This document shows positions 45,361-56,963 of a DNA stretch of 64,000 nt, piece after piece (position 1 is the first letter of the stretch; each line of letters starts with the position of its first letter). The notes beneath the pieces were generated by a model, which made no database searches, was not told the DNA's origin, and was given only the letters and a program-made list of their open reading frames with translations. Where the stretch lies: positions 128,001 through 192,000 of the forward strand of contig CAWDYC010000011.1 in the NCBI GenBank assembly GCA_963806535.1, read 5' to 3'. Made by a program: the position numbers and the translations under genes. The DNA comes from Candidatus Bathyarchaeota archaeon. Its GTDB lineage: Archaea > Thermoproteota > Bathyarchaeia > Bathyarchaeales > Bathycorpusculaceae.

Positions 45361-45964
45361 TGATTTGTTCTCAGATTCACATCTCTCTCTAATGAATTCG
45401 TTATAAAGGCGTTATGAATCCAAAATATTGAGCGATAGATTCTTTGTCAAAATGTATGATACGGTTATATTTGAAGTGCCAGGTCAAAAAACTTCTCTCT
45501 TTCATCTATTCCTTGAAATGATATCGATTTGAAAAAACAATTGCCCTTTTTTGTTCCGTAACCTGGTGCTTCAAGTTCTCTTGTTTTATCTCTGCTTCCA
45601 TTCTTTTTTTCCTTTGTTCTTCGTTTGGTTTGTTTTTTTTGTTTCGCTTTTCAGTTTGTTTTTGGCTTTAGCTTTCATTTTGATAATCCTCCTTCAATAT
45701 CAAATTGTATTGCATCCTTATTCGGTTTGCCTTCCTTATACTCAGTTTATTCACGGCATAAGTCCATACTCTTAAGAAATTTGGTCTTTCAAGCCAAAAC
45801 GGGTAATAAACCATGGCATTTACGCACTTAAATACATATACTTATAAGTGTCTATGCACATATATGTTTATATAAATAAGTGAACTGAAAGCGAAAAAAT
45901 GATGCAACAGCACACAAGCATTCGTAACTCACTTATTTTCAAAAACAAAAACAAGTGAATAAAA

Positions 45965-46105
45965 TTGGGCCGCATAAACGTTGACATCTCAGACGAATTA
46001 GAAAAACAGTTAAGATTGAAAACTGTGGAGCAATTTGGCGGCAAAAAAGGCGACTTATCGAAAGCTGTCCAAGAAGCAGTAAAAACATGGATCAATACAA
46101 AATAG
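45965..46105 (+). CDS. Ribbon-helix-helix (CopG-like) protein, 46 aa
   Basis: Hand-translated from TTG as MGRINVDISDELEKQLRLKTVEQFGGKKGDLSKAVQEAVKTWINTK; not in ORF track. Confidence 0.8.
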   Translation: MGRINVDISDELEKQLRLKTVEQFGGKKGDLSKAVQEAVKTWINTK

Positions 46106-46341
46106 TAAAGTCGCCTCCTCAAAATACTGATAACTACCTTGTATGAAGCCTAAGTAAAGGCAGGGCAAGCCAGTTAGCCTGGAACATCCTTGTATGAGGG
46201 TTAAGGGCAATCTAGCTGGAAAAATCCCTTTTGCAAAATAGACAGAAGTAAAGTTGCAGCTTTAACTTTATTACTTGCCCGCTCAGAAAAAAAATTCGAG
46301 ATTGTCTCGCAAATTAATAATAAGTAAATGGAGTCAAAAAA

Positions 46342-47313
46342 ATGAGTATAACCCAAATAATAACTGAAAAGGTACCAAAAATTGATCAGCACTTAGCTGA
46401 TAAATGCCCTGAATGTACAGGCAAAAATTTAGTTCATGATTATGATTCAGGTGAAACAATTTGTGGTGACTGTGGTCTTGTTTTGTATGAGCAGATGATG
46501 GATAAAGGACCCGAATGGCGCGCTTTCACTCACGAAGAAAAAGCCTCAAGAAGCCGCGTCGGAATGCCCACATCATATTCAATTTCTGACAAGGGATTAT
46601 CAACAACCATTAGCCAAGTTGATAGAGACGCATTCGGAAGAAAACTGCCGATCTCCACTAGATTACAAATGTGGCGCCTCAGAAAATGGCAAATACGCAG
46701 CCGAGTACACTCATCCACCGACCGAAACCTTGCCCAAGCGATGGCTGAAATTGAACGTTTATCAAGCAAAGTCTCCATCTCTCCACCAATAAAAGAGAAA
46801 GCCGCCGTTGCCTACAGAAAAGCACTAGACAAAGGTTTAGTCCGAGGAAGATCAATCAACTCAATCGCCGCAGCAGCTCTTTATGTTGCTTGCCGCAAAA
46901 GCGGATCACCTAGAACACTTAACGAAATTGCCGAGGCAAGTCTTGTTGATAAAAAGGATGTTGCCAGATGCTATAGACTGTTGCTGCAAGAACTCGATTT
47001 TCACATGCCAATTTCTGACCCACTAACTTATGTTTCAAAAATTGCCGAAAAAACTGGAATATCAGGCAAAACACAGGGCACTGCCATAGGTATACTCAGA
47101 GAAGCTAGACAAAAGCGGGTCTCTTCGGGAAAAGACCCCATGGGCTTAGCAGCCGCCGCACTCTACATTGCATGCTTAAAAAACGCCGAAAAAGCAACAC
47201 AAAAAGACATCGCAGAAGCAGCCGGAGTCACAGAAGTCACAGTCAGAAACAGATACAAGGACCTACAGAGGCGGCTGAACCTCGAAGTACCTGATCGAAA
47301 AGAAGCTTTTTAG
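46342..47313 (+). CDS. tfb: Transcription initiation factor IIB
   Basis: CPEC...CGDCG zinc ribbon, GPEWRAF B-reader, two cyclin repeats, GVTEVTVRNRY. Confidence 0.96.
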   Translation: MSITQIITEKVPKIDQHLADKCPECTGKNLVHDYDSGETICGDCGLVLYEQMMDKGPEWRAFTHEEKASRSRVGMPTSYSISDKGLSTTISQVDRDAFGRKLPISTRLQMWRLRKWQIRSRVHSSTDRNLAQAMAEIERLSSKVSISPPIKEKAAVAYRKALDKGLVRGRSINSIAAAALYVACRKSGSPRTLNEIAEASLVDKKDVARCYRLLLQELDFHMPISDPLTYVSKIAEKTGISGKTQGTAIGILREARQKRVSSGKDPMGLAAAALYIACLKNAEKATQKDIAEAAGVTEVTVRNRYKDLQRRLNLEVPDRKEAF

Positions 47314-47366
47314 TTTTCCTTGCTTAGTATTTTCTTTTTTTATTTTAGAGATGAGATATTTAACTC

Positions 47367-48017
47367 ATGCCCAATTATTCCAAACAACCATTCTTGGCGG
47401 CAACTGACGAAGAATATACCATGCTAATCGAGGTCAGTGAAGAATTTGAGAAACAAAAAATCGACAAAACAGCTCGCGAAAAATCTGGAAAGCCAACGGA
47501 AATAGTCCTACGCAATCACCTCCTAAAGAAAAGCCTTAACCTTTCAATGATCCCAGAAGTCACAATTCAAGGATCTAAGATCAAAAATGATCTGCTTCTC
47601 TTAAGGAGCGGCGTGGACCCAAACCAAAAAAACTTTCCGTCTAATAACGTGAAGATGGTAATAGAGATTAAAAACAACGCAGTCGCCGGCAAAACAATGG
47701 AAAACGGAAAACGAGAAGACCAAAACAAGGTCCTACGCGCCAAATTCAATGAACTCGAAGGAACTACCAATGTTAGGAATTTTGCCCTTATCGTTCTTTC
47801 AGAAAGTCTACTCCCGCCAAAAACTCCTCACAAATGGCGATTCAAAGAAGAAGTGATAGACAAAGAAAACTGCAAAGTCTTTACCCTAGTTGCTCGTCAG
47901 CTCTACCCTCCTGGCGGACTCTATATTAAGTCCAACATAGTAGAAATGCTTCAAAATAATCAAATGAAAAAAACCGGAGAATTTCAACAGCTGATAAATT
48001 ACCTTAAATACTTGTAA
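47367..48017 (+). CDS. Hypothetical protein, PD-(D/E)xK nuclease-like
   Basis: SGKPTE...NDLLLL...VIEIK arrangement. Confidence 0.55.
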   Translation: MPNYSKQPFLAATDEEYTMLIEVSEEFEKQKIDKTAREKSGKPTEIVLRNHLLKKSLNLSMIPEVTIQGSKIKNDLLLLRSGVDPNQKNFPSNNVKMVIEIKNNAVAGKTMENGKREDQNKVLRAKFNELEGTTNVRNFALIVLSESLLPPKTPHKWRFKEEVIDKENCKVFTLVARQLYPPGGLYIKSNIVEMLQNNQMKKTGEFQQLINYLKYL

Positions 48018-48192
48018 CCCTAAAAGGAACGTTTGTGGTCGCTTGGTTCTTTTTCGTTTGGAACTTAAGCGTGTGTGTACTCCTAGTATCCGGTGTCATA
48101 TCTAAATTCGGCTTATTTTTCAGTTATTTTAGTAATAATACTGATATTGTTGCAAAAATTTGTTAATTAGCCTCATCAAACTTTTTTTAATT

Positions 48193-48531
48193 TCAGGCTA
48201 ATTTGAAGATGGCGTTAAAGTTGTTTATCACGACCGCCGAAAGCATGAGTAAAGATGTGAGGTAGCCGGCGTTTAGGAATTTCTTTGCAAAAGGCGAAAT
48301 TTTATTGGTAAGTCTTGTTTGGGTTTCAGCCTTGTAGAAAATAAGTCCAGTCAACGTGACAGCTATGAGCTTTACCACACTGAATAAGACCATGTTTGAT
48401 TGGGTTAAGTTCGCGAGCAGAGGGTTGGTTTCTGATGCTCCAAAAAACACAATCCCGACCAAAGTTGTTAACCAATCTATAGTTCCAATTAGAATGATGG
48501 TTGTGCAAAACAAGACTTCTTTTTTAACCAA
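48193..48531 (-). CDS. DUF5658-like membrane protein
   Basis: DWLTT..G...GASETNP...K...N motif. Confidence 0.7.
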   Translation of the reverse strand: MVKKEVLFCTTIILIGTIDWLTTLVGIVFFGASETNPLLANLTQSNMVLFSVVKLIAVTLTGLIFYKAETQTRLTNKISPFAKKFLNAGYLTSLLMLSAVVINNFNAIFKLA

Positions 48532-49123
48532 ACCTACTCCATACCCCTATCGATTCTCTTACACTAAAGTAGCAAGCGATCGAGTTATGTCTTCACAATG
48601 GTGACCTGTAATTGCAGATATGCAGCTGTACATGAACATTCACATAACCAATTCAAAAATGCGACATTTCTCATCATATTTTTGCTACCTATGTTTCAAA
48701 GCTTGCAGCACATGCGTTGAACAACAAGGACAACAAAAGAAATCATAAGTTTAGTGTATCAATAAACATTATTGCTGCTGAAAACACAAAACATTCGTAG
48801 CCCACAAAAACAAAGAAGAAAACCGCCCGACCCTAGCTCCGCTAACCCGCAATTTAACTGACAAAAATAGAGAAAAAGAAAGAAAAAAGACTTAGCTTTT
48901 AAGAAGCAGTAGGCGCTGCAGGACCTGAAGCTGCTAAAGTTGAAGACTGCTGTGCGGATGTTTGATTCCCGACCGGTATTTGTTTTGCCGACTTCAGTGA
49001 CAATGCCTTCTATTTGGGATAGCAGTTGGGTTGGGGCTTCTTTGATGTAATTTAGTGCTTTGCTGAATAGTAATTCTGTTAGGGCTGATGCGAAGGGGTT
49101 GACTGCAACATTTGTCCACCGCT

Positions 49124-49402
49124 TTATGCGGGTTCAAGGGTGACTTCTAAAGGAAAGCCTACAATGCTTGGTTCGTTGCGTCTTAGTTGGGCTAGTGGTA
49201 CCTTGGGTACGAGTATTCGTCCATCAGGGTACATTTTTGCAAAAAAGTTCTCTTTAGCACCCAGAATACCCACGACGTTTACTGTTACTTTTAAGGTCTC
49301 AGTCGTCTCCAGTTTAAATTGTTGCCTTACTATCTTGGGAACTTGTAGTTGATTGTTTTTTGTTAAGATTGCTTTGAAAGTGACTCTCTGGGTTAATGGC
49401 AC
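49124..49402 (-). CDS. Double AbrB-like DNA-binding protein
   Basis: GTG start; FKAIL.KNNQLQVPK and FFAKM..DGRILVPK repeats. Confidence 0.7.
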   Translation of the reverse strand: MPLTQRVTFKAILTKNNQLQVPKIVRQQFKLETTETLKVTVNVVGILGAKENFFAKMYPDGRILVPKVPLAQLRRNEPSIVGFPLEVTLEPA

Positions 49403-49472
49403 CTTGTATCTTCCTTTTTCTTCCGTTTTCTCACATTTTTTTCCTTTTTTTTCCTGATTCTTCCGAATTAAT

Positions 49473-49565
49473 ACGCATCCTGCAAAAGATTTAAGCTTTG
49501 CTTCAAAAAAGCAACCCAAAACAGAAAGAACAAACCCTGCCAAAAAAATCGTCAATAACTCAAAC
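49473..49565 (-). repeat. Dispersed ~100-bp repeat, copy 3 (inverted), upstream of the AbrB-like gene
   Basis: Reverse complement reads TTGAGTTATTGACGATTTTTT...TGTTTTGGGTTGCTTT...CAAAGCTTAAATCTTTTGCAGGATGCGT. Confidence 0.78.
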
Positions 49566-49581
49566 TAATCTGATATAGCAC

Positions 49582-50806
49582 TCACGAAGTTTTTTGTTCA
49601 GAGTTCTTTCTGAAACTCAAAATAAGCGGCACAGTTGCAACCGAAATAACCGCTGAAACTGCAAACGCTAACCCGTTAAAACCAACTGAAACGCCAAAAG
49701 AAAACGCGGTAGCAGCAAAAACGGCGCTATTGTTTGTGCGAGACCTGCTATTGCCCAAGCAACTCCTAAGCTTCCTCCTTGAGCATCTTTAGGAGTATTC
49801 AAAGAAATCAATGTGTTAAGCGTAACAATCTGGACGCCGAAACCAAAGGAAATCAAAGCCGCAAATACAAAGAGAAGCGCCAAATTTCCCACTGCAGCCA
49901 AAGCCACAAGACCAAGGGTCAAAACTCCAACGCTATATCAAGGTCAGAGTTGTCCGGTCCAATTTCTTGCTTAGAATCGGTAATAAGACGGCTTGCGTAA
50001 ACACGCTTACGCCGCCAACAAAAAAGAAAACCAAGCCTGTCTCCAATGGACCAAACCCAAAAACCACTTTGCAACCAAGGAGAAAGAGCAGCTTGAAGAA
50101 AAACGAAAGCTACAAAAAACAAAAAGTAAATACTCAAAAGCAAGGCTATTTTCTGTTTTCTGAGAACAGATAACAAAGCTCGGAAAGAAAGCACTGTCCT
50201 CTTAATGTTGAAACTTGAAGGTTCAGGCAGCCGAAAATACGCTAAAACCAAATTCGTAAAAGCCAAAGCAGACGCCAGAAAAGACGGCAGCCCATAACCA
50301 AACAGGCTACTGAGCGTTCCACCAATCGCTGGACCTAAAATGAAGGCGACACCTGCCGCTGCTCCAAGCAGCCCCAAGTACTTTAGCCTTTGATTTGGAG
50401 TTGTAACGTCTGCAACGTAAGCTTGTGCAACGGGAACGGTAGCTGCAGTGGTTCCGGAAAGCATCCTGCCCAAAAATAGAAGCCAAATCGCCTGTGCTGA
50501 GCCGAATAAGAAGTAGGCTAAACTGGATACTGCCAATGCTATGAGGAGGATTTTTCTTCTTCCGAATCGGTCACTGAATCTTGCAACGATCGGGGTGAAA
50601 ACAAAAGACATTGCGCTGTACGAAGCTAAAAGCACACCGTATAAAATGGCTGAGCCTCCTAAGGAAACCACGTAAAAGTACAGGTATGGAACTACAATGG
50701 CGAAGCCTAAGTTATCAAGAAAAACAACAAGAAAAAGAACACTGAAAGCCGATTTGCTGGCAGAAACGTCGCCTTTCTCTTGAGATTCATTAACCAAAAA
50801 TTCCAC
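49582..50806 (-). CDS. MFS efflux transporter, TetA/DHA1-like (frameshifted)
   Basis: FLDNLGF, SDRFGRR motif A, AYVADVT, FILGPAIGG motif C. Confidence 0.88.
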
Positions 50807-50913
50807 AGTAAAACTTTAACAAGATTAAACAAATAAGCATTTTTGAGAAAATCAAAATAGAGTTTGGCGGCTCTCAGGCCAAGATTTGCTATTTGAAACT
50901 TACGATTAGATGA

Positions 50914-51417
50914 TTATTGATGTTGCCTGATGAATTTTGCAAGATTTACGATTTCAAGATCGCCTTTGCATCTAGGACAAGTGTTTTGGATTTCAGGTGC
51001 CTTTGCCCCGATTTTAATTGGAGCTCCACAGTGGCAACAATAGTAAGTGAGGGTTTTTCCTTTCTCTGAAAGGGTTTTAGCCAGCTTGACTGCTTCTTTT
51101 TGTTTTTCAGTTAATTCCTTTTCTTTCTTTTTTGAGGTTTCTTTTTTCTCAGTGGAAAAATTTTTGCAGGTTTCTGCCTCAACAAAATAGTTAGAATATC
51201 CAATCTTCGCAGATGCCAGATTTTTTCCAGTTTTCTTGCAGGATTCTTCGTCGAAGTAACCGCAGTCTTCGCAGGTCTTCTTCTGACCATATTCTTTTTG
51301 AAGTTTCCAATAGCAGTCAGCACAATACATTTGTTCCTTACTGTTTATATTCACAGTTAAACCTGAGCCAGAAAAGGATTTCTTGCAACCGCCACATTCA
51401 AACCGCATAGCATTCAC
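50914..51417 (-). CDS. Multi-Cys zinc-finger hypothetical protein
   Basis: Five CxxC pairs plus further Cys. Confidence 0.65.
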   Translation of the reverse strand: MNAMRFECGGCKKSFSGSGLTVNINSKEQMYCADCYWKLQKEYGQKKTCEDCGYFDEESCKKTGKNLASAKIGYSNYFVEAETCKNFSTEKKETSKKKEKELTEKQKEAVKLAKTLSEKGKTLTYYCCHCGAPIKIGAKAPEIQNTCPRCKGDLEIVNLAKFIRQHQ

Positions 51418-51544
51418 GTTAGAAAATATTATTCGGCAGGGTTTTATTTATTGTTTGATTAAGAATCAATTGTTTTTTAGGGGATTGTGGCGTTGTTTGG
51501 GTAACCCTCTGCTTTCTCAATAACTCAAGTACCTCGTATTATCG

Positions 51545-51781
51545 CTAAACTAAAACGCCGACGATTTTCATCTTTTCTAACACGTCTTGGTCATGGGGTG
51601 CAATATCCATGGATTCTGTCAAATCTTGGCCAGCAACATGACCTAAATGGTCTCCTTCAAGCCATTGAGTAGATTCAGTGACATCGTATACTTTGCCTTT
51701 GAAACCTACATAGGCAGGCTTCCCATTTTTGCCATTAAAAGTAGCAAGGTCTTGAAGACTAAAGTTTCGAGTTTCTTCCAT
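51545..51781 (-). CDS. Cytochrome b5-like heme/steroid-binding protein
   Basis: FNGKNG.PAY...GKVYDVT...H.AGQDLT...APH. Confidence 0.9.
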   Translation of the reverse strand: MEETRNFSLQDLATFNGKNGKPAYVGFKGKVYDVTESTQWLEGDHLGHVAGQDLTESMDIAPHDQDVLEKMKIVGVLV

Positions 51782-52052
51782 AAACTTCGCTTCAATGTTT
51801 TTTGAATGAAGCTTAAGATAAAGTTTGCGTTTGAATCTGGTTCATCTTTTCTTTTTCCTATACGTCATAATTAGTATTCTTGATTTGTCAAGGCTCTGCC
51901 AGAAAATCTGGCTAATATGATGTCAGTTTTAAGAAAACGGGTTACCACTGCATTTGAACACAAAATTTTTGAACCCCTAAATGTTGATTCTGGAATATCC
52001 TTATAAATAGCTGAGGAATAAACCTTTATTACAAACTTAAGGAGAATAGAAA

Positions 52053-54707
52053 ATGCAAAAAACTAGTTTTAAGATTGCAACTTTAGTGCTTTCAATGCTT
52101 ATGATCGTTTCAATAGGCGCTTCAATAATGATGATGCCAAATGCTAATGCACACATTCCAGCATACACAATTCCAACACTTTCGTTCATCAACGTCGCAC
52201 CTAACCCAATAGGTATAGGACAAACAACAACCGTTGACTTTTGGCTTGCAGTACCAACACAAACCAGTGAACGCGCAGTAAACATGACAGTTATAGAAAC
52301 AGACCCAAGCGGAACTAAAACAACGCTAGGACCATTCACTTCAGACATTACCGGCGGAACAACAACCTTGATTACACCCAGCGTAGTTGGCAACTATACA
52401 TTCCAAATGTTCTATGGCGGCCAAACACTTACAGTAGGTAACACTACAACCAGTTTTGCTGGCGACATATTAACAGCCAGCCACAGCAACGTAGTGACAT
52501 TAACCGTGCAACAAAACCCGATAAGCGGTATTCCATTTACTCCGCTTCCAACACAATGGTGGCAGACTCCAATTAACGCAGAAAACGTTCAAAACTGGTA
52601 CGCAATTTCGGGACCATGGCTCGGATTAGCCTCAAATGCTTTTGGAAATACTGGAGCATACAATGCAACTGGAAACTATAATCCATACACCTTAGGACCA
52701 ATGACTGGTCACCTTCTCTGGACAAGGCCTTGGGCAGTCGGAGGAGTTGCAGGCGGAGACGCAGGTGGAAGCGAAACAAGCGGCTACTGGGGAACATCTC
52801 AATATGAACCAAAATGGAATCCAGTCGTAATTGACGGAATTGAATATGCTACACATTATACAACAACAACAGGGTACAATGACGGAATTGTTGCAACAGA
52901 CCTATTCACCGGAAAAGATCTTTGGACAATAAACACAACTAACCCACTGAAATGCGGCATGCAAATTGCTTGGGAGTCACCTAACCAATACGGCGTTGTT
53001 GGACCATACCTAATAACTTCCGGTAGTCTTCCTGCACAAGACACAGGCGGAGCAAGCTACGCGAATCTCTACAACGCTTCTGGAACCCAATACAACATAT
53101 ATGATGCCCTAACTGGACAGTACATCAAGAGCATTATAAACGGAACTGCACTAAGTTTTCTCACAGCAGATGCAAATGGTAATTTGATAGGCTACTACGT
53201 TAACGCAACAGCAGGCACAGAAATCGTTCATCCACAACCAGGAGTAAACGTTGTCCAAACAACACCCGTTGGAGCTCGTGCACTGACAGCATGGAACATG
53301 ACAATGGCTCTAGGACAAAACAGTGGACAATGGAGTCTATCGTTAAACAGTGTCTCTAATTTTAGAGACGGAATAATGTACAATAACCCATCGATACCTA
53401 CCAACATTTCAGGCGTTCCAATAACACTCAATGGCGGTGGATTAACACAGAGCGAAATCGGCAGCAACGTTATAGTGATGACTTATGGCGGTAGCGTCGG
53501 CGGTTCTCCAGGAGAAACAGCTGGCTGGATAGTTCAAGCAGGATTCGATCAAACCACCGGAAACTTCCTATGGATGTATAATTACACAGAAACACCATTT
53601 ACGCGGCTAAGTCAAAACTTCTATTTCCTATCAGGCAACGGCGTCTGGGTTGACATAAACGAAAACACCTTTGTAGCTACAGGTTACTCACTATTTACAG
53701 GCAAACAGGTTTGGCAAACTACGCTTACAATTAATGGATCTACTCCAAACACTTACGACACATACGGCATACAAGAGATAGTGGACTCTGGACACGGCAT
53801 AATGTACATGTGGGGCTTAGGCGGAGACGTATGGGCTGTCAATATGGGCGATGGCAAAATCCTATGGACGTACAGTACAGGCGACAGCGGATTTGAAACA
53901 CCCTATGGCGTTTGGCCCCTGTGGGTTCAGTACGGAGGCGTACTAGGCGGCGGTCAATTATATCTCTCTGAAGGTCACGAATACAGTCCACCTCTATTCC
54001 ACGGAGCTCAAGTAATAGACTTAAACGCAACAACAGGACAATTAATCTGGCAAGAATTAGGATATGCTGACACAGGCGGAGCAATTGCCTATGGCATTTA
54101 TACAACATTCAACTCTTATGACAACCAAATTTACGCTTACGGCCAAGGACCAAGCAAAACAACAGTTACCGCACCAGATATTGCAGTTACAGTAGGAACA
54201 CCAGTAGTAATTAGAGGAACCGTGACAGACGTTTCAGCTGGAGCATCGCAATCAGCAGTGGCAAAGAACTTCCCCAACGGCTTACCAGCAGTATCTGACG
54301 CGAGCATGAGCCACTGGATGGAATACGTTTACATGCAGCAAGTATACCCAACAGGCACAACAGGTGTTCCAGTTACTATTAGCGTTATCGACTCGAACAA
54401 CAACTTTAGAACAGTCGGCGCAACGACATCTGACGCAAGCGGCTTATTCAGTTTAGATTGGAAACCAGATATACCAGGTAACTACACAATCATCGCAACA
54501 TTCCCAGGTTCAGGCGGATACTACGGATCGAGCGCAGAAACAGCACTTTATGCTATGTCACCAGCATCATCGCCAACACCAACTGCAACAACAGCAACTA
54601 ACTTAGCATCAGAAACATATGTACTAAGCATAGGCATCGCCATAATTGTCGTAATAATCATTATTGGCGCTGTATTAGCAGTGCTGATGATGAGAAAAAG
54701 AGCATAA
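52053..54707 (+). CDS. Large secreted PQQ-like beta-propeller surface protein with C-terminal anchor
   Basis: Signal peptide, repeated D/N..TG...W motifs, Ig-like ends, S/T linker, TM and RKR tail. Confidence 0.82.
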   Translation: MQKTSFKIATLVLSMLMIVSIGASIMMMPNANAHIPAYTIPTLSFINVAPNPIGIGQTTTVDFWLAVPTQTSERAVNMTVIETDPSGTKTTLGPFTSDITGGTTTLITPSVVGNYTFQMFYGGQTLTVGNTTTSFAGDILTASHSNVVTLTVQQNPISGIPFTPLPTQWWQTPINAENVQNWYAISGPWLGLASNAFGNTGAYNATGNYNPYTLGPMTGHLLWTRPWAVGGVAGGDAGGSETSGYWGTSQYEPKWNPVVIDGIEYATHYTTTTGYNDGIVATDLFTGKDLWTINTTNPLKCGMQIAWESPNQYGVVGPYLITSGSLPAQDTGGASYANLYNASGTQYNIYDALTGQYIKSIINGTALSFLTADANGNLIGYYVNATAGTEIVHPQPGVNVVQTTPVGARALTAWNMTMALGQNSGQWSLSLNSVSNFRDGIMYNNPSIPTNISGVPITLNGGGLTQSEIGSNVIVMTYGGSVGGSPGETAGWIVQAGFDQTTGNFLWMYNYTETPFTRLSQNFYFLSGNGVWVDINENTFVATGYSLFTGKQVWQTTLTINGSTPNTYDTYGIQEIVDSGHGIMYMWGLGGDVWAVNMGDGKILWTYSTGDSGFETPYGVWPLWVQYGGVLGGGQLYLSEGHEYSPPLFHGAQVIDLNATTGQLIWQELGYADTGGAIAYGIYTTFNSYDNQIYAYGQGPSKTTVTAPDIAVTVGTPVVIRGTVTDVSAGASQSAVAKNFPNGLPAVSDASMSHWMEYVYMQQVYPTGTTGVPVTISVIDSNNNFRTVGATTSDASGLFSLDWKPDIPGNYTIIATFPGSGGYYGSSAETALYAMSPASSPTPTATTATNLASETYVLSIGIAIIVVIIIIGAVLAVLMMRKRA

Positions 54708-54867
54708 GAACAACACAGCAAACAATAAACTATATTTCCTTTTTTTATTTTTTTTAAATTAATCAAAACAAAAATAATCCATATACTGAAAACTACAATT
54801 ATCTTAATTTTATATTAATATCAAATTAATCATTTTTCAAAGTTAGGCTAGCTTTTATGCTTTTCTT

Positions 54868-55515
54868 TTAGGCAAAATTCTTACTTAGAAAAACCAAATG
54901 AGATATCATAGTGAAATGTGTAACTCCGGTTAGAATATACTGAACTGCAATAGCAGCAATAAGTAATGCCATGACTCTGGCGATAACTAACGAACCTGTT
55001 TTGCCAAGTATCTTGTAAACGCCGTTAATAAACCTAAGAATAGTCCATGTCAACGACAATACGACGACCACAGCCAAAATCGCAATTAAAGTTGCTACTA
55101 AAGCGCCATATGGCATTGTATAAACTTGAAGATTAAATATTGTTGTCGTTATGGCTCCAGGTCCAACAAGAAGTGGAATAGCAATCGGAACTACTCCAAT
55201 CGTTTCAGGGACGATTCAGTGCTCTCTCGAGTTCCAGAAATTAGGATTCTAATTGCAATAATCAAGAGTAATATGCCTCCTGCGACTTCAAAGCTGTAAA
55301 TTGACAAGCCAAAAATGTTCAGAATTTCTTGTCCTGTGAATGCAAACACCAGAAGTAGAACAAATCCGACAAGCACAGCAGTGTTGTAAACTTCTTTTTC
55401 TTTGATTTTCTGGAACATTTTGAGTTAAGCCAATAAAAATGGGAATGTTGCCAAATGGATCGACGATTATGAATAGAGCAATGATTGCTTTAACCAAGTC
55501 TGAAATGAAATCCAC
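54868..55515 (-). CDS. MarC family membrane protein (frameshifted)
   Basis: IVDPFGNIPIF, AGGILL, VPIAIPLLVGPGAITT (read in intervening frame), RVMALL. Confidence 0.88.
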
Positions 55516-55623
55516 ACAAACATTCTCCAGAGCTTAATATTACTCTGTTGCTGATTCGATAAAAACGTAACGGATACAAAGTAGCCAGAAAAGCATAATA
55601 ACCAATTTTTTTGTTAAAAATTG

Positions 55624-56532
55624 TTAGACTGGTTTCTTGCCAGCTTGCAACAAAATCAAGGAATTCCTGCACTGGTTTACGACCATAATTTCTTAATTTC
55701 TCTCTTAGTTCAACCTGTTCTAACGCCGCTTTCTGGAAGGCTTGAATTTGACTGGCTCCCTCAGTAAGGTATAGGAAGCCGTCGGCTCCTGCTCTTGCAC
55801 ATCGTACACTTACTGTCAGCAGTTCTGAGGTTGATGGCACATCTTTTGGATTGTCGCCTGGACCGAAAACGTAAAAGCTAATGTAGAATGGTTTTTTAAG
55901 TAGCTTCTTGAAGCCACGTGCAAGCGTTTCCCAATACCATGGAGTAGCGTAGTTTTTGCTAAACATTACAACATTGAAGGCGTCAGCATACTTAGCTAAG
56001 TCGTCAAAGTCAACACCATACCGCTCGTAAGAGGTTACAGGGTCAGGTTGAATACACAAAACCAGTTCTTTCTTGACTACTTCTCGCACTTGAGCCATGT
56101 AGTCAGATGATTTCTTTTCTTCGCCATTCAAGCCAGCCCAAGCCGCTTTTCTTCCACAGACTCGTTGCATCTTGGACATGTGCAATGTCCATGATCGGCA
56201 AAGTATTGGCTATTTAACCATATGCCAGCCGATTGTTGGTCAACATTAGTTATGTACTGTAATTGTTCAGCTCTATGCTGCGGCTGTGTCGCGCAGACGA
56301 CGTCCCAATATATGTTGTAGTTGGGGTTTCCCATTTTTGCGGGTCCCAAAGGTGACTGAGATATCCATTCTGGATGATTACGGACAGCAACGTTGTCGGC
56401 GAAAACTGCAATGTTGCTGCACATATCTTGTACTGGAGTTAATCTTATGCCTGTTTCTGGTTTAACACGTAAAACATGAAAATCAAAGCCTTCTGCCTTT
56501 TGTGGCTGGAACGTGTATGTGCCAAATTTCAT
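55624..56532 (-). CDS. Hypothetical protein with HCTCPRC motif (frameshifted; 3' end approximate)
   Basis: ORFs 56128-56607 and 55490-56185 join. HPEW, VCAT and GHCTCPRC recall glycoside-hydrolase-like TIM barrels. Confidence 0.55.
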
Positions 56533-56963
56533 TCTGTTACGCCTTTTCAGCCGCAAAGAAGCGGTTGTTGTGTAATAAGGTTTTTGTGTAAAGCACGATT
56601 TGATCAATTATAGCTGAAAAACAATTGACTGAATTCTATATTTCTAAATTTTAGTTAGTGGTTACGTTTTTTCCATAATTTTAACTTAAATCTGTAAATT
56701 TGTGCAAAGGTTGAAAGAATACTCTTTTTTCTAAGGAATTAACTCCTTCAATTTCAGGCTTAGTTTTGAACGTTCTTTTAATATGTGGCTTATATTTGGT
56801 TAAATAATTGGATGAATGCTGTTGAATAGCTTAATATTGTAAACAATCACACAATAATAAGCAAATATGTGTTTCATATGAGCATATTTTAAATATAAGT
56901 CCGTGTAGTTGTATAGTAAAAAATTATTCAACTAAACAAATGTCAAAAAGGAATAGATGAAAA

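Noticed and set aside
48885-49115. Open minus-strand frame downstream of the AbrB-like gene
   Set aside because: No valid start and no recognisable family; possibly a remnant.
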